Origin: Eledone cirrhosa
Taxonomy: Eukaryota
Assembly: GCA_964016885.1 (NCBI GenBank)
Contig: OZ024766.1
Span: 14,136,001-14,200,000 of the forward strand
Direction: 5' to 3'
Length of the DNA: 64,000 nucleotides
In this document: positions 30,558 to 44,600 of the stretch, piece by piece
How positions within the stretch are numbered: position 1 is the first letter of the stretch
Layout of the letters: each line of letters opens with the position of its first letter
Notes under the pieces: model-generated
What the model was told of the DNA's origin: nothing
Databases searched by the model: none
What the model saw: only the letters and a program-made list of their open reading frames with translations
Position numbers and translations under genes: made by a program

Positions 30558-32085
30558 ATCATCTTCATCATCATTTTACATCCACTTTTCCCTGCTTGCA
30601 AGGGTGGGACGGGTCCTATTCAGCACAGCATCTCTCGACTTGTCACGGTCCTTTGTCATCTCCTCTATGAGCTTCAGCGTTCTGAGGTCTTCTCTCACCA
30701 CCTCTGCTCATGTTTTACATGGTCTACCTCTACTGCGTCTTTCTTCTACTGGGATTTCTTGGCACTTCTTTACCCAGCGGTCATCCCCCATGCGCATCAC
30801 ATGTCCATACCATCTCAGTCTTCTCTCCTGCACACCACAACCTATCCCTCTTATACCCAGTTTCTTTCTCAACTCATCTATGCTTGGTCGTTCACACACA
30901 TTGACATTGCACATCCAACGGACCATACTTGCTTCTCTCCAGCCTTCACATATCCTTTGCAGTTGCTGCCCATGTCTTACTACCAAGCAGCATCTCACAC
31001 AGGCATCATATAACCGTCCTTTCGTATGCAGGGAGAAACCCTTCTTTGTCAACAAAGGAAGCAGCTCCCTAAACTTCTTCCAACCCATCCTTACTCTAGA
31101 TACTATGGCCTCGGACCCCCCCCCTCCCATGCTAATCTGATAACCTAGGTACCAGAAGCTATCAACCACTTCTATAGAACCCACCTGCATTGGAAAAATG
31201 TGTCTATCACTGCGACTCCTACTGTCAAATGTCCCTGTACATCTACTGCATATGTAGTTTTCCCTACCTGTTAGTTTGCCTACTATCCCACTACATCTCT
31301 TGTGTACCTAAGATCTGCATTGCGTACATTTTATGGAATTTATGCCAGTTCCTTTCCTACATATCGAACATGGCCATTTCCCTGATGGAATCAGAGTTTT
31401 GTCCTCTTTTCTACTCATCAACACTTTTGTCTTAGCTATGTTCACTCTCAGGCCTCTTGATTCCAACTGCTGTTTCCAGAGCCAGAATTTATACTCTAGC
31501 ACCTCTACTGATTCTGCTTTAAGAACCAGATCATCAGCACAGAGAAGTTCCCATGGGCATCCAGTCTTAAACTCCTCTGTTATGGCTTGGAGGACTATAA
31601 TGAACAAGAGTGGGCTGAGGGCCGAACCCTGATGTACACCTACTTGTATCTGGAATTCCTCACTAAATTCCATTCCTACCCTCACTTTACTGACAGCACC
31701 CCTGTACATAGCTTGCACTGTCCTCACAAGCCATTCCTCTACACCTAGTTTCCTTAGGGACCACCAGATGACAGATTGGGGTACCCTATCAAAGGCCTTC
31801 TCTAGGTCAACAAAGACTAAGTATAGTGACTTATTCTTCTCTAAGAACCTCTCTTGCAATTGTCTCACCAAGAAGAGGGCATCTTTTGTACTTTTCCCAG
31901 GCACAAAACCAAACTGCATCTCATCTAAATTGACCCTTTCTCTAATCAGCTAATATTCTCTCTGCCACTATCATAACCTGATCCATCAGCTTTATGCCCC
32001 TATAATTGCTCCTCTCCAGAGCATCCCCTTTATATATGTAGCAATTTATGAGAATACTGCTGTACCAGTCTTTGGGTATGACACC
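30558..32085 (-). mobile_element. RTE-clade LINE fragment
   Basis: YKGDALERSNYRGIKL; QFGF..FVDLEKAFDRV..HQGSALSPLLF..ADDL..KWPCSIC; RLRWYGHVMRM; (GAT)n tail. Confidence 0.92.
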
Positions 32086-32139
<54 letters not shown>

Positions 32140-32195
32140 TCTAGCATGGAAAATGGACGTTAAATGAAGATGAGGATGATGATGATATGTATATA

Positions 32196-33088
32196 CAGGA
32201 TGTGAACGATATTTGGTCGCAATTTTCAACTGCTAATTTTATGCAAATTTTTTTTACTTCCGTTGTCACTCTTGTCCTCATAAAAACAGTGACTATATTT
32301 CCATTATTTATTTTCAGAATAATTGATTATGAATAATTTTGAAACTCCAAATTTGAGGAAGAGACACAGAGTTCTTCTTGGAATCAGCGCCAGGAGGACA
32401 AATAAGACCAGAAGATAAACTCTCAGAACAACAGGTGGCTCGCTGTCTCATCCAAAGACGTGCCCAGAGTCATGCAGACAGAGTTTCCAGCGACAACATT
32501 GGTCTCAGGTGTCGTCAGCAGTCAAGGTGACGTCACGCCACCTCACTGTTTCCCTGAGGGTCTCAAGCTGAACACCGATGGCTACATCTGCGTTCTGAGC
32601 GAGGTAGTAAAGCCCTGGATCGACCAGGTAGCTGCAGGTAGGCCGTACGTGTGGCAGCAAGAGTCAGCGCCCTGCCATACCAGCCGAAAGTTCCAAGCCT
32701 GGCTGTCAGAGAACTTCGTCGATCTCACCTCCCCTGACATCTGGCCTCCCAGCTCGCCTGACTGCAACCCCTTCGACTTCTTTGTGTGGGGCGCAGTGGA
32801 ACGAGACACCAACAGATCCAGCTGCAATACGAAAGACGATCTGAAGACCAGGATCACAAGTCCCTTTAGGGGCCTAAGTCGGGGGGTCAGTGACGAAGAC
32901 CTGTGGCCGGTTCTGAGGCCGCCTTCAGGCCGTCATCAAAGCCAATGGCGGGTTTGTCGAGTGAGATTGAAAGAACAAGTCATGAAGACAAACTGACCCA
33001 AGTTTTATAAATAAATCTTAAAAAATAAAACTACTGTGTTACTTTCTCCTAGACAGTTATCTTGCAAACAAATATCGTCCACACCCTG
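32196..33088 (+). mobile_element. maT (DD37D) transposon, internally deleted, copy 2
   Basis: Same TIRs and the same deletion junction as copy 1; D->E change at QQE. Confidence 0.92.
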
Positions 33089-33897
33089 TATGTATATAGT
33101 CAGCTTGACAGTGACACAGAGGAGGCTGAGGTTAGCTGGACATGCTTAACGACATCCAGAGTTGACACTGCACTCAGTGCTCCTGTAGGAGCCCCTGCAT
33201 TGACACACTGGACGAGGAAGACCAAGGTTAACATATATTGATGCTCTCAGGACAGGCACTGGTGTCTTGGAGATGCAGGACATGGGAGCGATAATGAGGG
33301 ACAGAGACCACTGGAGAGAACTCATCCATGGATCTCGTGAATTTACAAAATATCCACATTTATGTGTAAATAAAAACAATTTTATAACTTTAATGTTTGT
33401 TGGATGGTACTTTCATGACAGTTGAAATTATGACTTTTTAAAAATTAATTCACATTTGAAAATACAACTTTCTTCACCCATTCCTGAGAGGGTTGTAGGG
33501 GGTAGAGTCCTCACACACCCCTTCTAGGTCCTATGTTTGTAAAATGTCCTCTATATACTACACACACACAAAACCACATCACTCTGCACACACACACCAC
33601 ATCCCACACAACAGACATACACCATACCACACCAAACCACATACAAACCAGGTAGTTATACCAACCCAGTATCTTGGTTTTAGTGATTTTTTTGTAACAA
33701 ATCTCAACATCCCAGTCCTTAGCAACTGGAGTGGAACTCATCAGATTGGATATTAAATGATGAGCTGTGACATCATTGGTGTCAACCTGTTTCAGCCATT
33801 CCTTTGGACAACATTATAGTGTATGTATGTAGTATATATATATATATATTTATTAAAATAACAGATTAAAGTTTAAGCAAAGAATCGCTGCTTTCAC

Positions 33898-34040
33898 CTT
33901 CTAATCTATTGTAAAACTGTATTCATTGATCAATGAACCCCTTGTTAAACTTTTGGTTATATATATATATATATATAGCCAAAAGTTTAACAAGGGGTTC
34001 ATTGATTAATCAATGAATAAAGTTTTACAATAGATTAGAA
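33898..34040. repeat. ~60-bp inverted repeat centred on (TA)n
   Basis: CTTCTAATCTATTGTAAAAC..CCCCTTGTTAAACTTTTGG / CCAAAAGTTTAACAAGGGG..GTTTTACAATAGATTAGAAG. Confidence 0.85.
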
Positions 34041-34120
34041 GCACTCAACAGATAGGTTTTCTGGAGTTATTAATATTACTTCAAAATATTAATAAATATA
34101 GACATACATGTGATCAAATA

Positions 34121-34186
34121 TATTTTATTATACATATTTCAGAGGTACTGAGCTGTTTCATCAGTACGCCCTCATCAGATAAAATA
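34121..34186 (-). ncRNA. Type I hammerhead ribozyme motif
   Basis: TATTTTAT-CTGATGA-GG..GTACTGA..TCAGTAC..CT-GAAA-TATGTA-TA-ATAAAATA. Confidence 0.85.
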
Positions 34187-34250
34187 AATTGATGTCTGCC
34201 AAAACTGGAATTGAACCATCAGCACAGTTGAGGTATGTCAGACATCAATT

Positions 34251-34316
34251 TATTTTATCTGATGAGGACGTACTGATGAAATAGCTCAGTACCTCTGAAA
34301 TATGTATAATAAAATA
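34251..34316 (+). ncRNA. Type I hammerhead ribozyme motif (inverted twin)
   Basis: Same motif on + within the 128-bp inverted repeat 34071-34198 / 34239-34366. Confidence 0.85.
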
Positions 34317-34385
34317 TATTTGATCACATGTATGTTTATATTTATTAATATTTTGAAGTAATATTATATATATATATATATATAT

Positions 34386-35920
34386 ATCTCAGTGTCTCCT
34401 CTCTGACCTCAGTGTAAGCGGTACAGAGTTCTTCCCTCATCACCTCCACAGTCTCCATCCTCTCCCCCGTAGGACCAGCATAGAATTGGCCCTTAGCAGC
34501 TTTCAGGTGTTCTCTGGCTGCACACACTTTTGGGTTTGCAGAGCTGACGTGCTTCCCTTTGTTCTTTTTCCTCGGCACCAGGGTTTTACTTGCTTCCGCC
34601 ACTGCATTGGTGAAGTTCCCGTACCTCCTCGTCACACTCTCCTCGGTCCATCCAATCTCTCTCTCCTCTGACTCTCCACACAGAGCACTGAACCTGTTCC
34701 TCACTTCCACTGTGAACCTCTCCTGTAGCTTATCATCTTCCTTGAAAGCTCCCCAGTCATAGATTGTTCTCCGGGGCTGAGCCTTGCTCTTTCTTAAGTT
34801 CACCTGGACCTCACTCATAACAAGCCGGTGGTCACTACCCAGTGTACTGAAATAGCTGTATGGTTCTGTGTTCAGAACACTATTCCGCCACTTTTTCCTC
34901 ACCAGAATGAAATCAATCTGGGACTTGAACAGGTGCATATCTGAGATGTAGGTCCACATCTTCCCCGGATTCTTCCTAAACCTTAGGTTGGTTGCCATCA
35001 AGTTCGCCTCCAGCAGGGTGTCTCTCAGTAGTCTTCCATTTCGGTTGGTGTTGTTATGGAAGTACCAGCAAGGATCTTCACTGCCCTCCTTACTCAGATG
35101 TGCATTGAAGTCCCCCAAAACAAGCAGGATGTTGTGAGCTTGTGTGGTGTTGACAGCTCTACACACCTCCTCATGGAACTCTTCTGCACTCACATCACTG
35201 TCTCCCTCGGTTGGACTATAGGCTGAGATGACTGTCAGTCTTGGGTTTCCATTGAAGGTCACCCTCAACACTCGCGGGGAGATAGGCATTATTTCCCTCA
35301 CCAACAGATTGGTTTTTGCACTGAACACAAAACCCACTCCTCCTACTGCAGCATTTGTTGTGTTCTTCACTGCCGATGTCGTGATGAGCTGGCTCATCTT
35401 CCCAATCATCACACTCCTCACGGGCTCATCGTGTAGGATCCTGTGTTGTTGGATTGTAAGTATCTGCATACCACTCTCTTCGAACAGATGTCCCAACTCC
35501 TCTCTCTTCTCCAGCGTCCGAATAGTCCTCACATTCAAAGTGCCCATTTTATTGGCTCTTCTGCAGGACAAAACTGCATTCTTTATATTTGTCTCAGAGA
35601 TAGCTGATCCATCATCCACTGGCCCTCCCTGTGGCTCTAAGCCAGAAGAGTCATAACGACCAGACTGCTCCTTGACAGTGTAATTAGGGGCTCTAACCCT
35701 AGTGCTGTTAAATCGACTTTCCATGGTTCTTTTCAGTGGCTGACAATACCTTACCGGCGCCACTCAAATAAGGTAGTTATTTCCCCCATAAACAGGGCCC
35801 TAACAGGTACTACTACTCCGGCCCAGAGCAGACCTGGGAGTTATGAGAACTAAACGGTAACTCCACATTCCCAACAGCTTCGAACTGGATGTAGTTTAAT
35901 GTCTTAGCCAGGACAGTATG
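34386..35920 (-). mobile_element. LINE 5' portion: UTR + APE endonuclease ORF (RTE-like), 3' truncated at (TA)n
   Basis: GTLNVRT..GGVGF..ISAYSPT..LGDFNAH..NRNG..SQIDFIL..SDHRLV are APE motifs (the catalytic E reads Q in IQQH). Confidence 0.9.
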
Positions 35921-36061
35921 TATGTATGTATGTATTTATCAATGTATGTGTGTATGTGGACATGGCCTAGGGTAAGGACGCAAGACTTGGGATCATAATG
36001 AAATATTTAAATATTATTTCTATTTGTAATATATAGATAAATATATATCTAAGCTCTGTAT

Positions 36062-36813
36062 TTATTTATTATATATATAATGTATAATTTATTTATTATA
36101 TATATAATGTATAATTTATTTATTATATATATAATGTATAATTTATTTATTATATATATAATGTATAATTTATTTATTATATATATAATGTATAATTTAT
36201 TTATTATATATATAATGTATAATTTATTTATTATATATATAATGTATAATTTATTTATTATATATATAATGTATAATTTATTTATTATATATATAATGTA
36301 TAATTTATTTATTATATATATAATGTATAATTTATTTATTATATATATAATGTATAATTTATTTATTATATATATAATGTATAATTTATTTATTATATAT
36401 ATAATGTATAATTTATTTATTATATATATAATGTATAATTTATTTATTATATATATAATGTATAATTTATTTATTATATATATAATGTATAATTTATTTA
36501 TTATATATATAATGTATAATTTATTTATTATATATATAATGTATAATTTATTTATTATATATATAATGTATAATTTATTTATTATATATATAATGTATAA
36601 TTTATTTATTATATATATAATGTATAATTTATTTATTATATATATAATGTATAATTTATTTATTATATATATAATGTATAATTTATTTATTATATATATA
36701 ATGTATAATTTATTTATTATATATATAATGTATAATTTATTTATTATATATATAATGTATAATTTATTTATTATATATATAATGTATAATTTATTTATTA
36801 TATATATAATGTA
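36062..36813. repeat. 27-bp minisatellite, ~28 apparently identical copies
   Basis: Unit TAATTTATTTATTATATATATAATGTA. Confidence 0.95.
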
Positions 36814-37004
36814 AAAGGAGGTGGATTGGCAGTATCGGTAGAGGGTCGGATGCCATGCTTTGCAGAATAGAGTTACGTCCCTTTACGGTCTGAGTTCAAA
36901 TCCCTCCAAGGTTAACTTTGCCTTTCATCCTTACGGGGTCGATAAAATAAAAGTACCAGTAACGTACTGGGATAATTACTGGCCTTGTGCCAAAAGTAGA
37001 AACA
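36814..37004 (+). mobile_element. tRNA-derived SINE with a 17-bp TSD
   Basis: A box TGGCAGTATCGG, B box GTTCAAATCC, body AACTTTGCCTTTCATCCTTACGGGGTCGATAAAATAAAAGTACCAGT; TSD ATTATATATATAATGTA at 36797-36813 and 37005-37021. Confidence 0.88.
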
Positions 37005-37341
37005 ATTATATATATAATGTATACACAGTTCAAGAGTAACCAATCTTAAAGAGAGAGATGGAGATAGGAGAGGAGATATGAGAGGAGAGATTGGTGAATT
37101 AGTTAGAAGCCAAAGCGTAAAGGCATGTGCTCAATGTGCAATATGCAGTAGAAAGCAGCTAGGTGGCTGGGTTCATGCAGAAGTTAGGTGCGCAGAGCTG
37201 GAAATATTCATTAGTTAAGCAAAACAAGACCACAAATTTCACAAGGAAGACATTATTAAAAGATTGTCAACATATTTTAGTTTGATGTAAGGAATGTAGA
37301 GAATAATAATAATAATAATAATAATAATATATTCCTTTGAA

Positions 37342-37460
37342 GTTCCGATGAGCCGCTCTGTCTTTTAAATATGTTAATTATTTTCAACTGAACAGATCAA
37401 TTATCATATATAGTCATCTGATCCAGGAATATTATATGGAGTAGCGAAACAATTGTAAAC
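37342..37460 (+). ncRNA. Degenerate hammerhead motif (U4C)
   Basis: GTT-CCGATGA-GCCGCTCTGT...ATGGAGTAGC-GAAA-CAATTG-TA-AAC; flanked by an inverted repeat (37204-37330 vs 37478-37548 + 38464-38528). Confidence 0.6.
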
Positions 37461-37548
37461 GGACATTATTATTATTAATATTATTATTATTATTATTCTC
37501 TACATGCCTTACATCAAACTAAAATATGTTGACATTCTTTTAATAATG

Positions 37549-38463
37549 ATTTCTTTATTGGACACAAGGGCTGCCATCAAGAAAAACATTACAGACGGCA
37601 CAGGACGATACGATGTGGGTTTTGTGCGTGTAAATATTTGTATTATTTATATAAGAGAAGAAAAAAAAGGACATAAAACATATATATATATAAACAATAA
37701 AAATGAAAATTGAAACAATGAAAAATTCCCCAATACGGGGGGAAACCTCCGAGGGTTACTAGTGGCGAAAACCACACAAAAGACCACGCCACCCTGACCA
37801 CCAGGGCAAGCGCCCTCTCTCAATTTTTCCATCTCTCAAACTACAGACGTATATTCAGACGTTCTATAGAGGACTAGTGGAAGGGAAGAGCGACGACATT
37901 TTCGGAGAGATCCTGGACGTTGAAGAAGATCAGCTGTTTGCTCTCTTCCGGAGAACTTTCAGCCCAGGGCCTATGGATAACTTCCAAAAATCCCTGGCCT
38001 GGCAGTGCTACCGGGGAGCGCTGCCGGTTCGAGATAAGCTCTACAGGCATGGAAGTGCCGTCAGCTGAGCCTGTCCGAGATGCGTGCAGAGCGACGAAAC
38101 CGTTGTGCACGCACTCGTTCAGTGCCCGAGCATTGCTGACTTGTGGAGCTATGTCGAACAGTTGCTGTCACGTGTGGGACTGATCCGGTTGTCGACTGAG
38201 TCCATTGTGCAGATGGTCTCGCTGTCTTCCTTCGAGGAGGAAGGGCAGGCGGTTTTCATCTGGTTGGTGACCATGGCGAAAGAGATTGTGTGGTGGACAA
38301 GGTTAAAAGGGTTAAAGACAAACACTTTCCTCTTCGGGGAATCCCTAATTAACTTTTTCAAGTTTCACTTGAAGAGGAAAATCAGGGTGGAGAGGCAAGT
38401 GCTGCTTTCAAGCAAGTATCTTAAAAGGTGGGTGAATGTAGCGAGAATGGTCCGAATGAACGG
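37549..38463 (-). mobile_element. Tx1/L1-clade LINE 3' end with 5' inversion and an 18-bp TSD
   Basis: TSD GACATTCTTTTAATAATG (37531-37548, 38464-38481); 3' UTR with AATAAA on minus (37549-~37865); ORF2 C-terminus on plus (LAWQCYRGALPVRDKL..CPRC.QSDETVVHALVQCP). Confidence 0.88.
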
Positions 38464-38612
38464 GACATTCTTTTAATAATGTCTTCCTTGTGAAATTTGT
38501 GGTCTTGTTTTGCTTAACTAATGAATATATAATGTATATGTATTTTTGATTGGAGACACGTAGTGTAGGTGTGTTTGACTTAAGATCATAATGTCTTATT
38601 TATTTTCGGTGG

Positions 38613-41600
38613 GTTTCATGTTGATCAAAACACATTTCATGTTGGTCAAAACACATTTCATGTTGATCAAAACACATTTCATGTTGGTCAAAACACATTT
38701 CATGTTGCTCAAAACACATTTCATGTTGGTCAAAACACATTTCATGTTGGTCAAAACACATTTCATGTTGGTCAAAACACATTTCATGTTGATCAAAACA
38801 CATTCCATGTTGATCAAAACACATTCCATGTTGGTCAAAACACATTTCATGTTGGTCAAAACACATTCCATGTTGGTCAAAACACATTTCATGTTGATCA
38901 AAACACATTTCATGTTGATCAAAACACATTTCATGTTTGCCAAAACGCATTTCATGTTGGTCAAAATACATTTCATGTTGATCAAAACACATTTCATGTT
39001 GGTCAAAACACACTTCATATTGATCAAAACACATTCCATGTTGATCAAAACACATTCCATGTTGGTCAAAACACATTTCATGTTGGTCAAAACACATTCC
39101 ATGTTGGTCAAAACACATTTCATGTTGATCAAAACACATTTCATGTTGATCAAAACACATTTCATGTTTGCCAAAACGCATTTCATGTTGGTCAAAATAC
39201 ATTTCATGTTGATCAAAACACATTTCATGTTGGTCAAAACACACTTCATATTGATCAAAACACATTTCATGTTGATCAAAACACATTCCATGTTGGTCAA
39301 AACACATTTCATGTTGATCAAAACACATTTCATGTTGGTCAAAACACATTTCATGTTGGTCAAAACACATTTCATGTTGATCAAAACACATTCCATGTTG
39401 ATCAAAACACATTCCATGTTGGTCAAAACACATTTCATGTTGGTCAAAACACATTCCATGTTGGTCAAAACACATTTCATGTTGATCAAAACACATTTCA
39501 TGTTGATCAAAACACATTTCATGTTGATCAAAACACATTTCATGTTGGTCAAAACACATTTCATGTTGATCAAAACACATTTCATGTTGATCAAAACACA
39601 TTTCATGTTTGCCAAAACGCATTTCATGTTGGTCAAAATACATTTCATGTTGATCAAAACACATTTCATGTTGGTCAAAACACACTTCATATTGATCAAA
39701 ACACATTTCATGTTGATCAAAACACATTCCATGTTGGTCAAAACACATTTCATGTTGATCAAAACACATTCCATGTTGATCAAAACACATTTCATGTTTG
39801 CCAAAACGCATTTCATGTTGATCAAAACACATTTCATGTTGATCAAAACACATTTCATGTTGATCAAAACACATTCCATGTTGGTGAAAACACATTCCAT
39901 GTTGGTCAAAACACATTTCATGTTGATCAAAACACATTTCATGTTGGTCAAAACACATTTCATGTTGATCAAAACACATTTCATGTTGGTCAAAACACAT
40001 TTCATGTTGGTCAAAACACATTTCATGTTGATCAAAACACATTTCATGTTGATCAAAACATTTCATGTTGATCAAAAACACATTCCATGTTGGTCAAAAC
40101 ACATTTCATGTTGGTCAAAACACATTTCATGTTGATCAAAACACATTTCATGTTGATCAAAACATTTCATGTTGATCAAAAACACATTCCATGTTGGTCA
40201 AAACACATTTCATGTTGGTCAAAACACATTTCATGTTGATCAAAAACACATTGCATGTTGGTCAAAACACATTTCATGTTGATCAAAACACACTTCATGT
40301 TGATCAAAACACATTTCATGTTGATCAAAACACATTTCATGTTAGTCAAAACACATTTCATGTTGGTGAAAACACATTCCATGTTGGTCAAAACACATTT
40401 CATGTTGATCAAAACACATTTCATGTTGGTCAAAACACATTTCATGTTGGTCAAAACACATTTCATGTTGGTCAAAACACATTTCATGTTGATCAAAACA
40501 CATTTCATGTTGATCAAAACACATTTCATGTTAGTCAAAACACATTTCATGTTGGTGAAAACACATTCCATGTTGGTCAAAACACATTTCATGTTGGTCA
40601 AAACACATTTCATGTTGATCAAAACACATTTCATGTTGGTCAAAACACATTTCATGTTGGTCAAAACACACTTCATGTTGATCAAAACACATTTCATGTT
40701 GATCAAAACACATTTCATGTTAGTCAAAACACATTTCATGTTGGTGAAAACACATTCCATGTTGGTCAAAACACATTTCATGTTGATCAAAACACATTCC
40801 ATGTTGGTCAAAACACATTTCATGTTGGTCAAAACACATTTCATGTTGATCAAAACACATTTCATGTTGGTCAAAACACATTTCATGTTGGTCAAAACAC
40901 ATTTCATGTTAGTCAAAACACATTTCATGTTGGTGAAAACACATTCCATGTTGGTCAAAACACATTTCATGTTGGTCAAAACACATTTCATGTTGATCAA
41001 AACACATTTCATGTTGGTCAAAACACATTTCATGTTGGTCAAAACACATTTCATGTTAGTCAAAACACATTTCATGTTGGTGAAAACACATTCCATGTTG
41101 GTCAAAACACATTTCATGTTGGTCAAAACACATTCCATGTTGATCAAAACACATTTCATGTTGGTCAAAACACATTTCATGTTGATCAAAACACATTTCA
41201 TGTTAGTCAAAACACATTTCATGTTGGTGAAAACACATTCCATGTTGGTCAAAACACATTTCATGTTGATCAAAACACATTCCATGTTGGTCAAAACACA
41301 TTTCATGTTGGTCAAAACACATTTCATGTTGATCAAAACACATTTCATGTTGGTCAAAACACATTTCATGTTGGTCAAAACACACTTCATGTTGATCAAA
41401 ACACATTTCATGTTGATCAAAACACATTTCATGTTAGTCAAAACACATTTCATGTTGGTGAAAACACATTCCATGTTGGTCAAAACACATTTCATGTTGA
41501 TCAAAACACATTTCATGTTGGTCAAAACACATTTCATGTTGATCAAAACACATTTCATGTTGGTCAAAACACATTTCATGTTGGTCAAAACACATTTCAT

Positions 41601-44600
41601 GTTGATCAAAACACATTTCATGTTGATCAAAACATTTCATGTTGATCAAAAACACATTCCATGTTGGTCAAAACACATTTCATGTTGGTCAAAACACATT
41701 TCATGTTGATCAAAACACATTTCATGTTGATCAAAACATTTCATGTTGATCAAAAACACATTCCATGTTGGTCAAAACACATTTCATGTTGGTCAAAACA
41801 CATTTCATGTTGATCAAAAACACATTGCATGTTGGTCAAAACACATTTCATGTTGATCAAAACACACTTCATGTTGATCAAAACACATTTCATGTTGATC
41901 AAAACACATTTCATGTTAGTCAAAACACATTTCATGTTGATCAAAACACATTTCATGTTGGTCAAAACACATTTCATGTTGATCAAAACACATTTCATGT
42001 TGATCAAAACACATTTCATGTTGATCAAAACACATTTCATGTTAGTCAAAACACATTTCATGTTGAACAAAACACATTTCATGTTGATCAAAACACATTT
42101 CATGTTGATCAAAACACATTTCATGTTGAACAAAACACATTCCATGTTGAACAAAACACATTCCATGTTGAACAAAACACATTTCATGTTGATCAAAACA
42201 CATTTCATGTTGATCAAAACACATTTCATGTTGATCAAAACACATTCCATGTTGAACAAAACACATTCCATGTTGAACAAAACACATTTCATGTTGAACA
42301 AAACACATTTCATGTTGGTCAAAACACATTTCATGTTGATGAAAACACATTTCATGTTGATCAAAACACATTTCATGTTGATGAAAACACATTTCATGTT
42401 GATCAAAACACATTTCATGTTGATGAAAACACATTTCATGTTGATCAAAACACATTTCATGTTGATGAAAACACATTTCATGTTGATCAAAACACATTTC
42501 ATGTTGATCAAAACACATTTCATGTTGGTCAAAACACATTTCATGTTGATCAAAACACATTTCATGTTGGTCAAAACACATTTCATGTTGGTCAAAACAC
42601 ATTTCATGTTGATCAAAACACATTCCATGTTGATCAAAACACATTTCATGTTGATCAAAACACATTTCATGTTGATCAAAACACATTTCATGTTGATCAA
42701 AACACATTTCATGTTGATCAAAACACATTTCATGTTGGTGAAAACACATTTCATGTTGATCAAAACACATTCCATGTTGAACAAAACACATTTCATGTTG
42801 ATCAAAACACATTTCATGTTGATCAAAACACATTTCATGTTGATCAAAACACATTTCATGTTGAACAAGACACATTTCATGTTGGTCAAAACACATTTCA
42901 TGTTTGCCAAAACACATTTCATGTTGATCAAAACACATTCCATGTTGAACAAAACACATTTCATGTTGATCAAAACACATTTCATGTTGAACAAAACACA
43001 TTTCATGTTGATCAAAACAAATTCCATGTTGATCAAAACACATTCCATGTTGATCAAAACACATTTCATGTTGGTCAAAACACATTTCATGTTGATCAAA
43101 ACACATTTCATGTTGGTCAAAACACATTTCATGTTGATCAAAACACATTTCATGTTGATCAAAACACATTTCATGTTGATCAAAACACATTCCATGTTGA
43201 TCAAAACACATTTCATGTTGATCAAAACACATTTCATGTTGATCAAAACACATTCCATGTTGAACAAAACACATTTCATGTTGATCAAAACACATTTCAT
43301 GTTGAACAAAACACATTTCATGTTGATCAAAACAAATTCCATGTTGATCAAAACACATTCCATGTTGATCAAAACACATTTCATGTTGGTCAAAACACAT
43401 TTCATGTTGATCAAAACACATTTCATGTTGATCAAAACACATTTCATGTTGATCAAAACACATTCCATGTTGAACAAAACACATTTCATGTTGATCAAAA
43501 CACATTTCATGTTGATCAAAACACATTTCATGTTGAACAAAACACATTTCATGTTGATCAAAACAAATTCCATGTTGATCAAAACACATTCCATGTTGAT
43601 CAAAACACATTTCATGTTGGTCAAAACACATTTCATGTTGATCAAAACACATTTCATGTTGATCAAAACACATTCCATGTTGAACAAAACACATTTCATG
43701 TTGATCAAAACACATTTCATGTTGATCAAAACACATTTCATGTTGATCAAAACACATTTCATGTTGATCAAAACAAATTCCATGTTGATCAAAACACATT
43801 CCATGTTGATCAAAACACATTTCATGTTGGTCAAAACACATTTCATGTTGATCAAAACACATTTCATGTTGATCAAAACACATTTCATGTTGATCAAAAC
43901 AAATTCCATGTTGATCAAAACACATTCCATGTTGATCAAAACACATTTCATGTTGGTCAAAACACATTTCATGTTGATCAAAACACATTTCATGTTGATC
44001 AAAACACATTTCATGTTGATCAAAACACATTCCATGTTGAACAAAACACATTTCATGTTGATCAAAACACATTTCATGTTGATCAAAACACATTTCATGT
44101 TGAACAAAACACATTTCATGTTGATCAAAACAAATTCCATGTTGATCAAAACACATTCCATGTTGATCAAAACACATTTCATGTTGGTCAAAACACATTT
44201 CATGTTGATCAAAACACATTTCATGTTGATCAAAACACATTTCATGTTGATCAAAACACATTCCATGTTGAACAAAACACATTTCATGTTGGTCAAAACA
44301 CATTCCATGTTGGTCAAAACACATTCCATGTTGGTCAAAACACATTTCATGTTGATCAAAACACATTTCATGTTGATCAAAACACATTTCATGTTGATCA
44401 AAACAAATTCCATGTTGATCAAAACACATTCCATGTTGATCAAAACACATTTCATGTTGGTCAAAACACATTTCATGTTGATCAAAACACATTTCATGTT
44501 GATCAAAACACATTTCATGTTGATCAAAACACATTCCATGTTGAACAAAACACATTTCATGTTGGTCAAAACACATTCCATGTTGGTCAAAACACATTCC

